NCBI GenBank assembly: GCA_964016885.1
Contig: OZ024747.1
Span: 76,756,001-76,820,000 of the forward strand
From: Eledone cirrhosa
Taxonomy: Eukaryota
Direction of reading: 5' to 3'
Length of the DNA stretch: 64,000 bases
The notes beneath the pieces were generated by a model. The model had not been told where the DNA came from and did not search any database. It saw only the letters and a program-made list of their open reading frames with translations. Shown here piece after piece: positions 57,008 to 64,000 of this stretch (the first letter of the stretch is position 1; every line of letters starts with the position of its first letter). Position numbers and translations under genes: made by a program.

Positions 57008-57201
57008 AGGGTGGTGGTTTGGCAGTATCGGTAGAGGGTCGGACAACATGCTTTGCAGCACAGAGTTACGCTCCTTTCTGATCTGAGTTCAAATCCTGCC
57101 GAGGTTAACTTTGCCTTTCATCCTTACGGGGTCGATAAAATAAAGTACCAGTGATGTACTGGGATAATTGCTGACCTTGTGCTAAAAGTAGAAACAATTA
57201 T
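57008..57201 (+). mobile_element. SINE family A
   Basis: Similar to 6031-6223. Confidence 0.85.
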
Positions 57202-57472
57202 TTGGTAGTACCCGTTGCTTTGATTTAAGAAATAACACAAAGAATACACACGTTTGCGTAAAACAGATTTAATATAGACGCGAAACGACAGCAACAAAAA
57301 CAACATTAACGTCAATAAGATCTTCCAATTTAGACACAAGATCTGGTAACTTTGATGCTGTAGAAAGTAAATTGTATCTATTTCAGTATTTGATTACTTT
57401 ATTTTATCGACCCCCCCAAAATAAAGTAAGGCAAAGTCGACTTCCGCAGGATTTGAACTCAAAACGTAGAAT

Positions 57473-57642
57473 CGTTTCTGAATATTACTCAACACATTCC
57501 GCCAAAACTTAAAGGTGCGGTTCTACATACTATACTAACAATTATACCAAAACCTAAAGGGCCGTTTCTAAATACCACTCAACCAATTATACTAAAATGT
57601 AAAAGGCCGTTTCTAAATACCACTGTACTAATTCTACAAAAC
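57473..57642. repeat. Diverged 45-bp tandem repeat, ~4 copies
   Basis: cg(t/g)ttct recurs at 57473, 57518, 57563 and 57608. Confidence 0.8.
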
Positions 57643-58810
57643 GGACTGCTCGAATCGTTGAGGATTTAGAAAGGAAAGTAGTTAGCTGTTGAATTGTGTG
57701 GTCTTCAGTCAGTTTTCCATTCATAAAATGTTGTCTACCTTATTATAAACATGCACTGTATTAACACAACATGTTTACTTGTCTTCTTCATACTTGAAAC
57801 TCTCGCTGAAATACAAATTGATTAAGTATCTCGGAAGCTGGTACATCAATCTGCCCTTATCTATTGTGAGGTTGATTACGTATTTCAACTCATAAAGTGT
57901 AGAGGAGAGAGACAGTGTGTAGATGCGATGATTAAATAGCACAAAGGAATGGGAATAAAGAGATGCTTAAGCGTAGAAATGGGATGATAATTGCTGTATA
58001 AGAGAAATCTGTAAACTGAAGAGAAAAGAGAAAGGGGGGAGGGTGAATCTACTTATAAATGTAGTTAATAGTAGATGATATAAGTAAGGTTGCTTCAATA
58101 ATCTCCAGTTGCTACGGATGTAGGCTGGAGACGGAAGGGAAGCGAGTGGGGTAGGAGTTAAATACGGTTCATGTCACGAAGGTCTCAGTTAAGTGTTGCT
58201 GGAAAAGAAGCTAGTTAACTCGAGGGTAGGGCTCTAAATTGATTGATACGTTTTTCAGTGTTCACAAAAGGAACCCTAATGGGTAGAAATAAGCGAGATA
58301 ATTAAGAGGGTATATCTTATAAACAGGAGGTAAATAATTGTTGATGGATATCTGTTGATGTGTGTACAGCTGCGGAAAATGGTCGCCATTGGTGTTGTTC
58401 TTGTTCATGTTGTTCTTAATGATGATGATGGTGATCATGGAGGTGATGCTGATGGTGATGATCATGGTGGTGATGTGGATGATGATATTGATGATGATGG
58501 GAATGATGATATTTAGTCATAAGTCAGCTCTGGTCGAGCAAACTTAAGATCCTAAAGTCATTCAACGAAGGTCATACCGTGATATTTGTTGTATTATGTT
58601 TTGTTTTTTGTTTTTTTGTCAGATTTAGTGTACACAGGACTACATGTGTCCCCTTTTTAAGACGATTCGTTTTCTTTCGGAGGGATTGAAAACCCAGGCA
58701 CTACAGACATAACAATGACAGGCACTTCTTTTTTTTTATTTGGTGGGTCTGGAGGAAGGGTCGGCGCACATGAGCATTGCAGGCCCTCCGAAACCAATGA
58801 GAATAATACT

Positions 58811-58904
<94 letters not shown>

Positions 58905-59175
58905 GCACAAGAACACACACACATACATACATGTATACATACATACATGCATACATACATACATACATACATACATACATACATACATACATACATACAT
59001 ACATACATACATACGTACATACATACGTACATACATATGTACGTACATACATATGTACGTACATACATACATACGTACATACATACATACGTACATACAT
59101 ATGTACGTACATACATATATAAAGAGAGAGAGAGTTTCAAAACAAATTAGCAAACCATACTCGAGTATGTTTTAC

Positions 59176-59259
<84 letters not shown>

Positions 59260-59559
59260 TTTATTATGACTAAGTAATGAGTCGTGTTGAGATAGGGTTT
59301 CACAGGATCATCAGATGAGACTGAAATTTCAATAATAGAGACAGTAGCAATAGGGAAAGACTCGGGGAGGAGTGGGGATGCATTTTATACTTTAAAGAAT
59401 ATGTTGGTTAAAAAAATATTGATAGAATCATAGCGAAAACATTTTACCAGTAAAATCTCTTAAAATGGATTAGATTTATATTGAACAAACACCTGTTAAA
59501 AATTTAAGGCCGAAAAAAAAATTAAAATTTCTGTTTCAAACCTAATACTATAATCCTAA

Positions 59560-60340
59560 AATTTGAATCCGGCATCCTGGGATTCAATTTAAGTAAATCC
59601 ATACTCAAACGTTAATCATATTAAACTCTAATGAAATTGAATCATCACTTTAGCCCTGCTATTGAAAACTGGACTGTTTAACAGGCTGAATTGCTAGAAT
59701 GCTGTGTTAAATCATTGAATATTTAACTAGTCTCAGTTCTGCTAGTTCAGTTAACTACCATTCCGTACGCTAGAAGATATATATGCCTGATTGCATTGTC
59801 TCCGACCATTCACTGCCTTCTGCTAATCCCACACTTGCTGATCAGTCTGCCACATTGCATTGTAGGAATGTTGTAAGAGCAGCTTTTCTTTTTACCACCG
59901 AACCATGAAAATATTTTCCAGGGCCCTTTGTGCTCGTATGAATGCAAGTTAAAGCCTACTGGGTTAATTATATCAAGGATGAATCTTTCTAAATTGTTTA
60001 AAAGTGATGGGAAACTTTGATGTTCACTGTGGTTTTGGTTTGTCTTTACAAACCAAATTCTATTCCTGCTTTTTTTCCAGATTCTCGGAACTTGGCAGTG
60101 TTAATAGGAATAGATGTAGATCCTGGAATGTGCAATGATTTTTTCAGAACTTAGCTATTTGTGATGTTTGTCAAGCATAGAGGATTTTGAGTTTTCGAAT
60201 ACCTCTGTGGATTTTCGCTTGACAGGTGGAAGAAATTGGTTAAAATCCCATTCCATATAAAAGTTTCATATTCTTCTTGAATTTCTGTTTTATTTGTGTG
60301 AGCTTTTGTGTTTGGTTTTGCTAAAATAATTAAGACCATT
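59560..60340 (-). pseudogene. Possible highly decayed PLE RT-thumb/GIY-YIG remnant
   Basis: Fragments TNFFHLSSENP..NPLCL, QDLHLFLL..ENL and VNGRRQC resemble PLE motifs; many stops and frameshifts; weak CTGATGA..GAAAC downstream near 59300 before (TA)n. Confidence 0.4.
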
Positions 60341-60716
60341 TGTTTGACGTAGTAGTAGAGATACTACGGATACTACTACAACACACTGTATGGTAATGTT
60401 ATTATTGTTGCTGCTGCTTCTTCTGTTCTTCATTGTGTTTGCCAAAATGTTTTTAGAACTATCACGGCGTAAATGTTTTGTCTGATGATAATTTCTTTAA
60501 TTCCACAAGGATGTTCGTATATTATTGTAACTATTCTTTCATATCTTTGTGTTGTTTACAAGGTTTAATTTTATGTTGTTTTACATTCAAGTATGAAACT
60601 CTGCCAATGTGTTCTGGGCTGATCTAGAACGTAGGTAAGTGGGAGTAACAGAGCAGTAACTTCAGAGCAGTGGGTGTGTAGTTTTTATTGTTCTTCTGAT
60701 GATTTGGAGAGTGGTG

Positions 60717-60870
<154 letters not shown>

Positions 60871-61290
60871 CGACAGTTGATCGACAATATCCCAGACCTT
60901 ACTTATTCGCTATAAAAATAATGGGATTGATGAGTTAATATCTGTATACAACAACTACAACGGCATGCGATGGGGCCCCACCTACAGCCCCGGCGGACAG
61001 AATGGAGAAGGCGTTTCCCCGGAGGACGGCAAGGGAGACGCGCTGGAAAAGCCACTCCAACTCGCTTAACGAGTGGGGTGGAGCTCGTCAAATCGGACCG
61101 AGGAAACAATCTTTCCATTGGTCTTTCCAATTCCTAATACTATCTATTGGTCACAAATCCAGGTAGAAGGAGCAACGTGAAATAAAGTGTCTTGCTCAAG
61201 GTCATAACGCATCGCCGGTCAGGGAATCGAACTCACAACCTCACAATTCTCTAGCCACTCAGCCACGTGCCTTCACTATATATATATATG

Positions 61291-61492
61291 TATGAGGGTG
61301 GGCTGAAAAATTCATAGGCAAACTATGAAGGAGTGATGCAAGGGCTGTGAAATCTTACATGCGTTAATTTCAACTCTTCTTATTAATAACTGCATTGTTT
61401 CTTTCCAGGGATTACCTTGAAAAATAAATCTCATTGGGACATTCCATGAGAGTTTCATGGTCAGCCTAACAACCTTTCGGATGACTATCGTA
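61291..61492. mobile_element. mariner-type MITE (related copies 29977-30159 and partial 29677-29745)
   Basis: Degenerate TIR ta(c/t)gagggtgggctgaaaa.ttcataggc; TA flanks; internal sequence shared with 29977-30159 in reverse. Confidence 0.65.
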
Positions 61493-61676
61493 TGCTTGTA
61501 TATATATATATATGTAGGGTAAAGATCTTATTCGGTTATTAATGACCAGAGGATTTTCGCAGGCGAGACAAGTCAAGCTTATGGATGTTATCCAAACATC
61601 TTGCTCTGGGTTTCCTGTCGTTTGATTTTGCCCATAGAATCTGTCCAGCGATTCTTTCCTGAGATATTCTAAGTCC

Positions 61677-61854
61677 ATTTGGCAGTATCGGTAGAGGGTC
61701 GGACGCCATGCTTTGATGCATAGAGTTACGGCCCTTGCTATTCTGAGTTCAAATCCCGCCGAGGTTAACTTTGCCTTTCATCCTTACGGGGTCGATAAAA
61801 TAAAGTACCAGTAATGTACTGGGTAATTTCTGGCCTTGTGCCAATAGTAGAAAC

Positions 61855-61860
<6 letters not shown>
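61677..61860 (+). mobile_element. SINE family A
   Basis: Similar to 6031-6223. Confidence 0.85.
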
Positions 61861-61940
<80 letters not shown>

Positions 61941-62003
61941 ATAGCACACATACTACTACATAATTGAATTCTAAAATATATACAATACAACAAACAAGTA
62001 CAC

Positions 62004-62053
<50 letters not shown>

Positions 62054-62502
62054 TAAAGCCCCAGTCTGTAATGTGATGCGCCATTTTATGAGGCTGTGTT
62101 ATTCTGTTATAAAAATGCACTTCCACCACTCCAGCTCACCTCAATCCCCTGTACAAACACAATACATAGATACAATATATATATATATATATATATAGTG
62201 CGTGTGTGTGTGTTTGTGTGCTTGTAAATATGCATGAGTATATGTGTACATTTTTTTCACTGTAAATTATATATATATATATATTATACACACACACGTA
62301 TACATATATATATTTCTTTTCTCTATCTCTACCTACCACATCAATCCACAGCCATCCCCCACCATCTCACTTCATTGCCCTGTACAAACACATACTCTCA
62401 ATATGTATATATATCTGTGTGTGGGTGGGTGTGTGTGTGTTATGTGTGTGTGTGAATATGTATGCATTTGTTTGTGTGTATATTTTTTATCATTCGCTTT
62501 AG

Positions 62503-62543
<41 letters not shown>

Positions 62544-62548
<5 letters not shown>

Positions 62549-62626
62549 AGATGTTCCAAGAAATGTATATACACTTTCATTAGAATATTGTTGAAGTGTG
62601 TATACATTTTTGGTGGACACCCTGAA
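62544..62626. mobile_element. Short Tc1-like MITE (related end at 51470-51520)
   Basis: TIR-like cagggtgtcc..aaatgtatacacactt on both strands. Confidence 0.55.
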
Positions 62627-62944
62627 TGTGTGTGTGTATATATATATATATATTATTTTCTCTTTCTCTGCCCACCACCACCATCCCCCCATAACCCCCT
62701 CCCTTCAACACATCTATTGAATATTCATGAACTGACCTATGTACAGTAGGGCCAATTAGGTTCCAATTTTTCAAATCATGGCTACTTCCGGTTTTACGTG
62801 AGATCGTGTTGTGCTTAAGGATTAGATGGAGCAGACGATATCTAGCTGGGATTTAGTGTTGTTGTTGTTGTATGTTGTCGAGTTGGGTTTTATGTTTGTT
62901 GTTGTTGTTTTTGATTTCTGTTTTATATGGTTCTCCTAAAGGTT

Positions 62945-63278
62945 TTGTTGGTGATGATGATGATGATGATGGTGATGGTGATGGCGAAGATGATGGTGAA
63001 GATGATGGTGAGGATGATGATGATGATGATGGTGATGATGGTGATGATGATGATGATGGTGATGATGGTGATGATGATGATGATGGTGATGGTGATGGTG
63101 ATGATGATGGTGGTGGTGATGGCGAAGATGATGGTGAAGATGGTGGTGATGATGGTGATGATGATGATGATGGTGAAGATGATGATGGTGATGGTGATGG
63201 TGATGATGATGGTGGTGGTGATGGCGAAGATGATGGTGATGATGATGATGATGGTGAAGATGATGATGGTGATGGTGA

Positions 63279-63310
<32 letters not shown>

Positions 63311-64000
63311 ATGGTGAAGATCATGATGGTGATGGTGATGATGATGATGATGATGATGGTGATGGTGATGGTGATGGTAAAGATGATGATGTGATGATGA
63401 TGGTGATGATGGTGATGGTGATGATAAAGATGATGGTAAAGATGATGGTGGTGATGATGGTGAGGATGATGGTGAGGATGATGGTGATGGTGATGGTGAT
63501 GGTGATGATGATGGTGATGGTGATGATGGTGGTGGTGATGATGATGATGGTGATGGTGATGATGATGATGATGGTGATGATGATGGTGATGATGATGATG
63601 ATGATGGTGATATTGCTGTATTATTGTTGTTTTATGCGGTTCTATTGAAGCTCTTCTATGTTGTATGCCTGTTGTTGTTGTTGTTGTTGTTGTATGCTTA
63701 TTGTCGCATGTTTATTGTTGTAGATGTTGTTGATGTTGTAGTATTGTATTGTTGTTAATGTTGTAGTTGTTGTTGTTGTACTGTTGTATCTTCGTTGTTG
63801 ATGTTGTTGTTGTTTTTATTGTTGTATGCCAGTTGTTGTTGTTGTACTGTTGTATGTTTGTTGTTGATGTTGTTGTTGTTGTTGTTGTTTTTGTTGTTAT
63901 TGTATGCCAGTTGTTGTTGTTATTGTTGTATGCCAGTTGTTGTTGTACTGTTGTATCTTTGTTGTTGATGTTGTTGTTGTTGTTGTTGTTATTGTATGCC
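62945..64000. repeat. (GAT/GGT)n and (GTT)n compound microsatellite
   Basis: Direct reading. Confidence 0.92.

Noticed and set aside
62872-63648. ORF with signal-peptide-like start and Asp/Gly-rich body, resembling acidic biomineral proteins
   Set aside because: The hydrophobic start comes from (TTG)n and the body from (GAT/GGT)n, and it slips into a Met/Val frame. Not supportable without transcript evidence.

Overview
AT-rich, microsatellite-saturated eukaryotic (animal) DNA; the SINE and repeat content resembles an octopod cephalopod genome (inference from memory, not checked). No host gene is supported. The only intact coding sequence is a 737-aa Penelope-like element (PLE) RT + GIY-YIG ORF (40369-42582, -). 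It lies in a young tandem-plus-inverted insertion (38641-46149) within (TA)n. The rest of the window holds about 18 minimal hammerhead ribozyme (HHR) motifs from several unrelated short PLE-type families. Most sit in (TA)n, and several form near-perfect 300-600 bp fold-backs. Main observation: these families share a covarying bulged hairpin (RYTC-helix-2 nt bulge-GARY). Wherever a short-arm junction can be mapped, the hairpin lies 4-8 nt 3' of it, making it a candidate RT-positioning/internal-initiation signal. Also present: two tRNA-derived SINE families, RTE and CR1/L2-type LINE remnants, a Helitron-type element, mariner/Tc1/hAT-type MITEs and several minisatellites, one apparently amplified from a SINE 5' head.
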